Positions 53,201-64,000 of a DNA stretch of 64,000 bases are shown piece after piece; the first letter of the stretch is position 1; each line of letters opens with the position of its first letter. The notes under the pieces are model-generated. The model did not search any database. It was not told the DNA's origin and was given only the letters and a program-made list of their open reading frames with translations. Where the stretch lies: positions 27,838,001 through 27,902,000 of the forward strand of contig NW_026262668.1 in the NCBI RefSeq assembly GCF_021869535.1, read 5' to 3'. The translations under genes and the position numbers were made by a program. This DNA comes from Mytilus californianus (lineage: Eukaryota).

Positions 53201-56200
53201 TTTGAAAAGGATTGATTGAACGGTTCATAGATTATTACACAGAAACGACATATAGTAAATTTTAAAATCTGTCAAGGACCATAACTCTTGAACTGAAGAA
53301 GTGAAAATCTCCAATATTAAAGTTGACCTTCATTTGTAAACACTAATAATATATCAAAATTCGAAAAGGATTGGTTGAACGGATACTAAGTTATTGCAGG
53401 TAGCACGGTAGTATTTGCATTCCAGAATTTAGGTTGCTCTTTTGTGTACCCTACTTAGCTCAATGTATCTGAACAGTGTGATTGGACAAAAAATATAGTA
53501 TCAACTGAACATACTTTCCCAAACTGAGGGATGAATCAGGTGGGGAAAAATATGAAATAATTTTACATACAGGTGAAAATTAATTTTTGAGAATATTTTT
53601 TAATTTTGTATTCACTGCATGATAAAAGACCTAAAAGCACTAGTGGCCTTAGGTTTTTAAAAATATCAAAAAAAGTAAACGGTCATGATACATATTCAAA
53701 TTCATTTCTGAATAATATAATGAAAGTACTTCAGTTAACTGTTTATGTAGAATTTTTGGCAGTGTTAGAAAGTGGTGAAAATTCTAAAAAGGCTATCATT
53801 ATCCCTTATGGGCAAGGAAATACTACCGTGCCCCCTCAACTGGGATATATATGTTTACACTAAATCAATGGAGGTATTTTTTTTTACCTATTCAATTTGT
53901 AAGTTTATCAATAAAAAGCTGATTAAGGGCAACTAGAATAAAAACAGACCTTTAATCCCACCCCTTGGAGTGAAAATTGCTGATTCAGCAAATTTTGCCT
54001 GATCTGTGGGTAATAATGTAAAAATTTATCTAAAAAGTAGAACTTCATTATTTTTATGTAACTTGCAATACATTTTTAATCGCTTTAACTTTTCGCAGTG
54101 TCTGACACATGTGCAATAACTGGAATTTGAGACGCGACATATTTTAGTTGCCTGTGCGTCCTATTATTTTCACCGAAATGAATAAAGTGCATAATTTCTT
54201 ATTTTTTTCCACACAAGTACAGCTTTACTAGTTTTCTTCAGGTTTGATTTGTAGTTCTGTGGTAACATGACACCAGTATGAGCATTTCTGGAACCTGTAA
54301 GTGGTTAGAGGGTCCTTACTTATCCATTTAGCCCTCATATTTAGCTGAAATAAAGATAGCGAATGGGGTTTCTTTACATTGACAAGACATTTTATTTGGA
54401 CAAAGAATGTGATTATGATTGTATATCAGCAAGATTAAATAGTTTATTCATTTTCCATGCAAATGTCATTAATTTATTTGATTTTCTGACCCTGAAAAGC
54501 ACAATAAAGTTAAATTGATAATGAAAGGGGACATAATTTAACTTAATGCATACATGAGAAATAGACAAACAGTCAACTTAGAGATATATTCTAGTACATG
54601 TATTGTCAAAAAGATCTTTGAATAATAGTTATCTGCCATCTAAAGAGTCTTGTTATATTGCCTTCATAATCTTGAAATGCTTAAAGGAATGTAAGGCATG
54701 CTGTAAAATGTGGAATGGACTTTACTATCATTTTTCATGATTTGGTGCTTAAACTCTTTCTTTCAGTCAAATTAACTATAAATAGAGTTGGCAATCCAAT
54801 AATTCCTCCTGAATCACCATGGTTTACTTCTGTGTTGATTTGAAACAACATATATTTGGGTTTTGATCACTCCTTAAGTAAAAATTTTCAGGTGAAAAAA
54901 TAGTGAAAATCTGCCAGCTGGGGTAGGGGTATACTTTTTAATTTTTTTTGGGTAAGAAATAAGTGAAGACTAGTATTCTTTATTGTAATATGGTTCCTAG
55001 TAAGAAGTCTATACATCATAGGTGTCATGACTGATTTCAAGTTTGTAATGTCTTGGTTAAGGTAGCACGGTAGTATTTGCATTCCAGAATTTATGTTGCT
55101 CTTTTGTGTACCCTACTTAGATCAATGTATCTGAACAGTGTGATTGGACAAAAAATACAGTATCAACTGAACATACTTTCCCAAACTGAGGGATGAATCA
55201 GGTGTAGAAAAATTTGAAATAATTTTACATACAGGTGAAAATTAATTTTTGAGAATTTTTTTTTAATTTTGTATTCACTGCATGATAAAAGACCTAAAAG
55301 CACTAGTGACCTTTGGGTTTTAAAGATATCAAAAAAAGTAAACGGTCATGATACATATTCAAATTCATTTCTGAATAATATAATGAAAGTACTTCAGTTA
55401 ACTGTTTATGTAGAATTTTTGGCAGTGTTAGAAAGTGGTGAAAATTCTAAAAAGGCTATCATTATCCCTTATGGGCCAGGAAATACTACCGTGTCCCCTG
55501 CACGGAAACAAAGTACAGTGTCATTTTCCAATCTAAAAATGACCATAACTCCTGAACCGTAAAAGCTTAAATCTTCAACATAAAACTTGTCCTCCAGTTT
55601 TTCATTAGTAAAAAGTAAAATCACAAAAATACTGAACTCCGAGGAAAATTCAATCGGAAAGTCCCTAATCACATGGCAAAATCAAATGACAAAACACATC
55701 AAACGAATGGACAACAACTGTCATATTCCTGACTTGGTACAGGCATTTTCAAATGTAGAAAATGGTGGATTGAACCTGGTTTTATAGCGCTAAACCTCTC
55801 ACTTGTACGACAGTCTTATCAAATTTCGTTATATTTACAACGATGCGTGAACAAAACAGACATTATAAATAAAATAGTCAAAATATGGGTACAGCAGTCA
55901 TCACTGTGTTACAATATCAAAACAAACAATTATTTACAAAAAAAGCACAAAAGCATCTATCAAATTAAGACCCACATTCATTGCTTCGCGTGTCTGACGT
56001 CAGAAAATGTAAACGTCACATAAGAAAAAAGTTTGTCATTCAATGTCTATTCAAAACAATTTTATAATTTCACATGGGGAATGTTGGTATACAGGGTTAA
56101 AAAATCAAAAGTTATGTTAGAATTAATTTCAGAAATAGACCGAGATTTATAATTGTCCAGAAGTTCTTCAGAACCCTTAAGAATCCACATATGGTAAATA

Positions 56201-59200
56201 CCACTACGCGAGTAAAATAAATTTGTCGTTTGTCGTTCAAAGTATTTTCAAATTTATAATAGAACAATAACATAATGACATATAATAGAACAATAACATA
56301 ATGACGGGATCTTTTAAAGTACAGAGTCACGTTATAAGAACCACAGAAACACAAAAAGTCGCATATACAAAACACACCAGTAAAAATTAAAGATAATACA
56401 AACACATTGACGGGATGTATAAGTACCTAGCCACGTCAAATGGATATCACAGAAAACAAACCAAACAGTAAAAGTAATATTAATAATAGAACAAAGACAA
56501 ATGAAAGAACAATATTACACGTTGTTAAGATGATAAACAACGTCAGTATGCAGAATCTATACTTCAAGACCATCATGTATTGTTTGTGAAGTTGATACGG
56601 AATATTTATCAACAAGGTCTTGGTACCTTCCGATGAACTTTTTTAGAAAAAGGACGAGACGTTCTTTGACATACCCCTGGTTCATCAACTTTCTGCTCAG
56701 ACACTGGTGACGTTTTACAAAGTCTGAGTAAGAGCTGCAAGCTCTTGAATATCGAATAAGTTGGGAAATGTATATCCCATATGCAGGTGAAGTTGGTATA
56801 TTGCTACTAAGGTGGGGGAAATTTATAATTTTAAAATTAAAATTAAAATTAAAATTAAAGTAACACTTTTATATATTAAAAATTGAAAAGGATTGATGGA
56901 ACGCTTCATAAGTAATTGCACAGAAACGACATAAAGTGGTGTCATTTTCCAATATATCAAGGACAATAACTCCTGAACAGTAGAAGTAAAAATCGTCAAT
57001 ATTGAACTACACCTCAATTTTATCATAAGTAATAACAGATTTCAAATTTGAAAAGCAATGGTTGAACGATATGTAAAAAGATAATGTGTGATGATGTGAA
57101 TGGTTGTACACAATATACATGTATATGCACTTTAGTGTGCTATCTCATACAATTAGAAACTCTTTGACTCTTAAATGAATTCATATGAATTCTTTAAAAT
57201 TCTTTTATTTTCATCATTAGTTAATGACGAGTCACCGGAGGTTAAGATGTTCAAATTTAGTGGGGAGTTCTTTGGTAACCAGTTCTGCTTATTAGATAGT
57301 TTAATTCTTAATTTCGCATAATTAGGACATTCAAAAAAGAAGTGATATGAATCTTCACGCTAAGCACCACAGCGACAAGACGGATCTGAAATTATATTGA
57401 CTCTGTAAAGATCATAATTTAAAAAGAAGCTGAGTATCTAAGTTGGGTCAAAATGATGTTGAGTGTACGACTGCCAAATTCATAATGTTTAGGTACTTGG
57501 GCTTTTGAATTAAGGTTATTCCACAGTCGTATAGTTAAAGGTATGAAGGATTCTCGGGTCAATGAAAAAGGTATATTTCATATGGTTGAACATTTCATAA
57601 GTTGTTGCATGAAAACTGTTAGCAGCCGCTCGGTGTACTTCAATTAATTAATTAAATAATTTACCCATTATAATACCACAACCGCTTTGTAGTTATCTTT
57701 AATTTATTATAATTAGAATTATGTGCCATATTTCTTTAACTTAAAGGAATGATTTTTGGTTGGAGTGAAAACTGATCAATAATAAATTATAAAATAAAAT
57801 AAATATAGCTGACCCGCTGCTGTAGTTGTTGAAGTAGATGAGGTAATTGGTAAAGTTGTTGTAGTTGAAGTAGATAGGGTAAATGGTAAAGTTGTTTCAG
57901 TTGTTGGTGCCGTTCCTATTATCAAATATATTCAAATTTATATATAATTTATACATGGCTTAAGTGCTAAGTAAAATAAGACATTTAACACTTAAAATAT
58001 GTCTATCTGACGAATATCTATCATAAAAAAAATATCTACAAATCTCTAAGACCAGCGTAGTCGTACTACACATTTTTCTTGGCTAATATAACAAATGCAA
58101 AATATATATCTATATAAGTAATTCTCATTCGATTTTTGGTTTTGTGTAACTCTTGTAACTCTTGTTTCGAATTTTTTTATATATATATATTCTATCGCTT
58201 CTGGTTTTTCTAAGAAAATGCATTAAGAACTTTTGCATAGCTACTCCTGTAGTATTCAACATATTTTTAATGTTCTTTTCACATACACCTTTGACGAAAT
58301 GTTTTCAGATTTTTATTGTTGCCACTTATTATTTCATACATGTTGACATAAATGTCTTTTTATATATTTCATATGAAACAATCAAAAGACATTTTTTCCG
58401 CTAAAAATTTAGTTTTTTCAAAAACTTTTATCTCAAAAATTAAACACTTACGTACTTTTATCTTTCAATATTTTTTTAATGCATATAATTAAGAAATACT
58501 TCATTTAAGAAAAGACTTTCCTATGAATTTTTGCACAGAGCATCATTACTTGATAACTGTACATTTTTATAAAAGTTTTAACTCCAAAAAATAAGCGAAT
58601 GTATGAACAAATGATTTTATATTGAAAAGCCTGATTTAGGTTTATAATTTTTATATTTAATCAATGATTCAAACAGGATTAGACACAAGTGTTACCAAAT
58701 TATGCAGTCTTCTCCTGTATAAAATATGACAACAAAATTACAATAAATTGAGCATGCACCTAATACAGAAATTAAAAGTTCTAACATGAGTATAAGTAAA
58801 CCGTTGATTGATTGTAAGAAAATCTATATTATCGGTGATGGGAAGAGAAAGAGATGAAAAAGTAAAGGCAAATGGATAGTGAAACTTGTGAAGATGCATG
58901 CTGGAACCATTTTAGTTAAGTATTCAAGAAATTAGAAATCGCTTATACCTTTTGATATCTAAAGAAAAATAATGTAAAATGAGACAATTTTTCTTCTTAG
59001 TTCTTGTGATCGCATCTTGAGGTGACGAATGAATATTTGGAGCGCATAGAGAAGATACTCACCATTTCAAATCTGTTCGTACGTTGTTGTATCTTGAAAT
59101 GGTGAGTATCTTCTCTAGGCGCTCCACAAACACAGAGCGGAAATACTAAAGTATTTACTTTTAACAAATAGCGGTTTATAAAGGAAACGCCGCATCTTAA

Positions 59201-62200
59201 TTGCATCGTGACGTTATATAATTGTTGAGGCACATACAAACATTTGTTTTGCTAAAATAATGTTGAATCAGAATGACATTTAGCACGCACAGAATTCATA
59301 AATTTAAGTAGTGAATCTATATAACGATTAAAAAAGTCCAATTTATTCTATTCTCAAATTGTGGAAGGAAAACGGATGAATTAGTTGGTGAAAGTCTACA
59401 ACAAGGAATCGTTAACATGGTTAAGTCATCCTAATTCCTAATGGATAAATTGACAAGCTCTGTATACATGGAGGTGATAAAGAATGTATGAGGAAAAGTT
59501 TGACCTTGTTCTTTTCAATCGATTTATAAAAAGAGGATGGCAAAAGTTAAATATAAAAAGTGATCGTAATATACATCAGAAAAATGTTTCACAAATGAAT
59601 ACTGTATTTATATAATTATGTATCTATACAATTACATGACCATATTCTCTACTTAATTATTCCATTGAGACTTATGTCGACATAAGGGTTCATTTCCGGA
59701 ATTCATTTACAAATAAAGAAATGAAGTATGATTGCTCTTGATACAACTATTCACTGATGACAAAAGGAGAACATGTCAACAACTGCACCTCACCTTACGG
59801 AAATGATTAAACTCCTGTATCGTTTACACTATATTAGTCTCCCGCGGGGTAGCGCAATGTACAAATGACATCAAAAGGGAAAGCCAACGGCCTGATTTAA
59901 GCCTATAGAAATAAACCAAACCAATTACGATAAACGATCGACATACAACGAAAGTCATATGTAACGTAGCGAGATTAAGTATGTTTGTTAGCATTTAATC
60001 CTTCCCAAATATTGGCAGTGGTTTAACTATAAAACCAGGTTCAATGCACCATTTTCTACATAAGAAAATGCCTGTACCAAGTCAGGAATATGTCAGTTGT
60101 TATCCATTCGTTTGATATGTTTTAGCTTTTGATTTTGCCATTTGATTAGGGACTTTCCTTTTTGAATTTTCCTCGGAGTTCAATATTTTTTAGATTTTAC
60201 TTTTTAACAACACAACATTAAACAAACATGTAATAATCAGATGATAAGCACAAACACACACTAACAAAACGACTGTAGACCCAAATTACCGATCAAAGAG
60301 TATTCGCAGTTACTGAAAGCTAGTTAAAAGTCCAATTCAAATAACAAATAGATAATGTTTCACCATACCAATCAGTTCACCTCAAACGAATTAAGCTTTA
60401 AGACATAATACGCAGTATGAAAAAACCTGATCTAGTGCAATGCCAAAATATGGATATTGACAGAATTAAGAACCTGCTGATAACTGGTTACCAACTGTGT
60501 TGGATATGTTTTAAAATATTGAAAAATAAAATCAATGTTATTGCCGATTTTGTCCATATTCTAACTATAATGAAATTGATAACATTTAAATATTAATTAA
60601 TTAAAGAAATATTAAACTTGAATGGATCATATCTTATATTGCGACCTCTATAAAAAAAACATCATATAAAAATAAAAAGATGTGGTATAATTGCCAACGA
60701 GACCAACTTTCCACAAGAGACCAAATGACACAGAAACTAACAACTATAGGTCACCGTACGGCTTTCAACAACGAGCAAAACCCATACCGCATAGTCAGCT
60801 ATAAAAGGCCCCTAAATGACAAATGTAAAACAGTTCAAACGAGAAAACTAACGGCTTAATGTATGTACAAAATAATAAACGAAAACAAATATGATACAAT
60901 GAAACAACTGAAAACCACTGAATTGCACGCTCCTGACTTGTGATAGGCACATACAGAATTTGGCGGGTTAAACATGTTAGCGGGCGACCAACCCTCCCCC
61001 TAATCCTGGGACAGTGGTGCAACAGAACAATACAATAACTGTAGAAAACAATAAACAAACAACTAATAAGATAAACAGCAACAAACAACCACTCAATTAC
61101 AGGCTCCTGACTTGGGACAGGCACATATAGAATGTGGCGGGGTTAAACATGTTAGTGGGCGCCCAACCCTCCCCTAACCTGGGACAGTGGTGTAACAGTA
61201 CAACATAAGAACAAACTATAAAAATCGATTGAAAAACCATGGTCATAAAAATGAGAATGTGATGTCGAGTGTGAAACAATATTTCTTCATTGTATGTGTT
61301 CTACTCTTATAGGACAAGATCAAACATTGTTCATTTAAGTTGTTATTCTTAATTGTAAAAGTTGTGTCTTCAGTTAGACTATTTCACGGATACCCTTTTA
61401 CCTTTTCTTTGTCTCTTGTATTCTTTATGGGTCTTCTTAATCGAACATAAATGTTGATTACATCATTCCTGGCGCATTTATATTTACGAAATTTCGATTA
61501 CAATAATGTTTCACTTTACCTGATAGAAAAGACAAAAAAAATGAAAACAACACGTTATAAATTTCATGCGTCCGAAGCACTTTTCCGAATTTACCTTTAT
61601 CAGAAACGCTCAATGCCAAATATTTGAAAGCCAAGGATGTATAAGAACCGAAACAGTTGAAGAGCTATACGACCAAAAATGAGCTAAAAAATAGCCAAAT
61701 CAATCCAAGGTCAACTTTGCCTGAGGGAGTTGAAACCTTAGTTTCTAAATAATTTTAAAATTTATAAACGGACAATTTTAGAAAATGTTTGTTTTAAATC
61801 ATGTCAGTACCGAAGTACTGACTGCTGAGCTGATGATACCCTCGGGGACTGATAGTCCACCAGGAGAAGTATCGACCTAGTGCTGTAAAAAATGAAAACA
61901 ACACGTTATAAAATTCATGCGTCCGAAGCACTTTTCTTAATTTACCTTCACCAGGAACGCTCAATGCCAAGGATGTATAAGAACCGAAACAGTTGAAGAG
62001 CTATTCGACCAAAACACAACTGTTAAAATAGGGCAATTCAGTCAGTTGTTAAAACAAAAGTACATATCTTTTGTCGGAATTTTCTACATCATTTTATTAT
62101 GTTATTACTGAGCAGACTATCAACATATTACACCTCGGTTTCTTTTTCAAAGGCTACTGATTGCACTACAAAAATAATCGGTTAAAATCTTTACTTCCAA

Positions 62201-62526
62201 AATTTGATAATAATACATAAGTACATGATTAATACCTGTCTGCATGTATGATGGCATGTAGTTAGAATTTATAACATTCTTTTCGTTGCAAAACCGACTT
62301 TCGGGGCAATTTTCTCTACAACAATCATAGCACACAGTATTCACCGGCGGGGATGGTAATTTGCAGTCCGGATTCCTCGAAGAGCTGAGAGCAGCATTTT
62401 TCATACACGTAAGTTCGTTTGTTCCTCCTCGTTCATATGTTATGCCACCATTTGTGTATGTTTTCTTTAGAAAGCAGAAGTAATGTCTAACATCGAGATG
62501 TAAATTATTATCTCTACAAATTGATC
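47291..62526 (-). CDS. Gene 2 (5'-partial): tandem paralog with LU-like domains 1-3 and a shorter Thr linker
   Basis: Exons 62526-62236, 57915-57814, 52899-52755, 48870-48695, 48386-48248, 47517-47291. Same order and phases as gene 1 exons 3-8; four exons have identical lengths (291, 145, 176, 139 nt). All Cys conserved, no stops. Signal exons are expected beyond 64000. Confidence 0.85.
49845..50760 (+). mobile_element. HINE-like element with internal repeats and a nested SINE
   Basis: ATACCCC subTIR, (GGACTGAC)-type microsatellite, terminal stem-loop TATACCCGACGGAACTTTGTTCCGTGGGGTATA. Confidence 0.7.
50066..50325 (-). mobile_element. tRNA-derived SINE with V-domain-like core, nested in a HINE
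   Basis: A box TGGCCGAGTGG, B box GAGTTCGAACCC, GGTTTTCCCCGGGCACTCCGGCTTCCTCCACC core, (AAATC)n tail; 12-bp TSD TGTTGCAGTAGA at 50054-50065 and 50326-50337. Confidence 0.85.
53399..55498. mobile_element. Composite insertion: two direct copies of a 437-bp MITE flanking about 1.2 kb, with 4-bp TSD TGCA
   Basis: MITEs at 53399-53835 and 55061-55498 with TIR core GCACGGTAGTATTT; TGCA at 53395-53398 and 55499-55502; empty-site paralog at 56917-56920. Confidence 0.75.
56557..56826 (-). mobile_element. Penelope-like element RT C-terminal (thumb) fragment
   Basis: Open 90-codon frame INFPHLSSNIPTSPAYGIYISQLIRYSRACSSYSDF...; continues the KRDDF motif typical of these RTs. Confidence 0.75.
58990..59560 (-). 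mobile_element. Degenerate CR1-like LINE 3' fragment
   Basis: QLRCGVSFINRYLLKVN...CVCGAPREDTHHF zinc-knuckle-like terminus; upstream FPSTI.E.N.L motif with stops. Confidence 0.6.
61540..62010 (-). mobile_element. Retrozyme-like element: about 351-bp monomer bounded by two tandem hammerheads
   Basis: Direct repeats with hammerhead motifs at 61568-61611 (core CUGAUAA) and 61919-61962 (core CUGGUGA); period 351 bp; no ORF. Confidence 0.7.
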
Positions 62527-62794
62527 CTGAATTAAATAATGATAAATGTCATTTTACTTTGATAATATTATCTTCTTCAAATAAAGTGACTGTATCTTTT
62601 GTATGCTGTTATTCTTAATTCTCACGTTTCCTCAATATATATTTTTGTCTTTACATGTATAAGCTGTCAGTGACAAATCATATTTTCAACAATTATTGGA
62701 AAGTGTTAAATCGTCTCAAAACGTATTCTATGTTTATTGATAGTAGAATATCATGTTTTCTGAGTACGGTTGTCTATGGTATACCCATATGTAC

Positions 62795-63667
62795 GGACTC
62801 CCATTTAGGATCTCTCAAAAATATAATTTGAATTCCAGATCGCGAATAACAAAATCGTACTGACGGACTAAAATCGTTATAATGAATAGTATAATTATTT
62901 TTATCAAGGATTAAATCGTAACAAAGAATCTGCAGAACAAGTTTTTAAAGAGTTTTTTAATGCGTGATCACGGATTATATTCGTGATCATAACGGATTAT
63001 ATTCGTTATCACTAATTCAGAAAACGTGTTCAAAAATTTTTGAATTCGTTCCAGAGGATTTGATCTAAAAATACGTGATAACGATTTTTATAAATCCATA
63101 ATCATGATTTACAAAAATCTGTGATAATGAATTCCACAGAATCGTATTTCGGGTATAGTTGTTTTTTTATAATTTGTCAAAAAGTAGTTTATATCATGTT
63201 TTTTTTTCAGAAATAGAATGAAAAGTATAGGTCACAGGGCTTTTTCAAGGCTTATGAAAATGAAAATTTTAGGGTGTGTAGAATACAGTAACTAAATGAA
63301 GAGGGATGCTGGTTTTTATATCAAATATATTATATAGAGAGTATTTTTCATCCACTTGTATTTTCCCTGGCAAATGGGATATGTAAAATAAAAGCAGGGA
63401 CCACTCTGGCATCTGACTGGACTGCTTGGGGTTTATGTAATCCTGGTGGTTTGAAATAAAACATATTATTCATTAAACAATACAGACCTAGACCAATTGT
63501 TTGCTTCTTTTTTACACTCCAAGACACCCGATCTACATGAATCCGTGATCACGAATTGCAGCAATCTGTAAAATCTAATTTTACAGATTTGTTATAACGA
63601 ATTCGTTTCAACGTTTTCTAGTTTGTGATCTCGATTTGAATAATATTTTTAGAGGTCCTAAATGGGC
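62795..63667. mobile_element. TIR element with degenerate internal short repeats
   Basis: CCCATTTAGGATCTCTCAAAAATATAATTTGAAT versus ATTTGAATAATATTTTTAGAGGTCCTAAATGGG; internal GTGATCACG/ATTCGT repeats. Confidence 0.5.
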
Positions 63668-64000
63668 TACCGCAATTGTATTTTAAATTCATTCGTGATT
63701 TCAGATTCAATAAGTGGGAACAAATTTTCAAATTTGTGATCACTATTTCTCAATTTTTTAATAAATTATTATAAAAACCTATGATAACTAATTCTGCGGT
63801 TTGTTTTTTTTTCACGAATTTCATCCGTGGTAAGCATTTGTTTTAATTGAACGAATCACAATTTTTTATTCATCTATAATTCGAATTATATTGTTGGGAG
63901 GTCTAATTGGCTTCCGTATTAACACATGTAAAAGAGAGGCAAAAGATACCAAAGGGACACTCAAACTCATAAGTAGAAAATAAACTGACAACGCCATGGC

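Noticed and set aside
53606-55562. Duplicated 85/97-aa ORFs (MYSLHDKRPK...)
   Set aside because: They lie inside the duplicated MITE, start at TTG and show no transposase motif.
20711-62526. The two LU genes as an uncollapsed-haplotype assembly artefact
   Set aside because: Exons differ by up to about 20% in amino acids, linker lengths differ and most introns do not align, which is more than allelic difference normally gives.

Overview
AT-rich, repeat-dense animal genomic DNA with spliceosomal introns. The repeat families look like a bivalve mollusc, probably Mytilus (inference from recognition, not a database match). The main content is a tandem pair of minus-strand, multi-exon genes that the ORF track sees only as fragments. 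Gene 1 (35446-13692) assembles into 13 coding exons with compatible phases (2040 nt, 679 aa): signal peptide, four cysteine-rich Ly6/uPAR (three-finger)-like domains, Thr/Pro-rich mucin-like linkers, no TM or GPI tail. Gene 2 (62526 to at least 47291; 5' end outside the window) repeats the first three domains and appears to lack the fourth. Also present are a single-coding-exon 335-aa orphan ORF and three in-phase exons of an unidentified gene at the left edge. The introns hold hammerhead-ribozyme retrozyme-like elements, Penelope-like and LINE fragments, tRNA-derived SINEs, Helentron-type non-autonomous elements (HINEs), MITEs including a MITE-bounded composite insertion, and fold-back elements. 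No rRNA, true tRNA or CRISPR was found. Coordinates were counted by hand; repeat boundaries are approximate.
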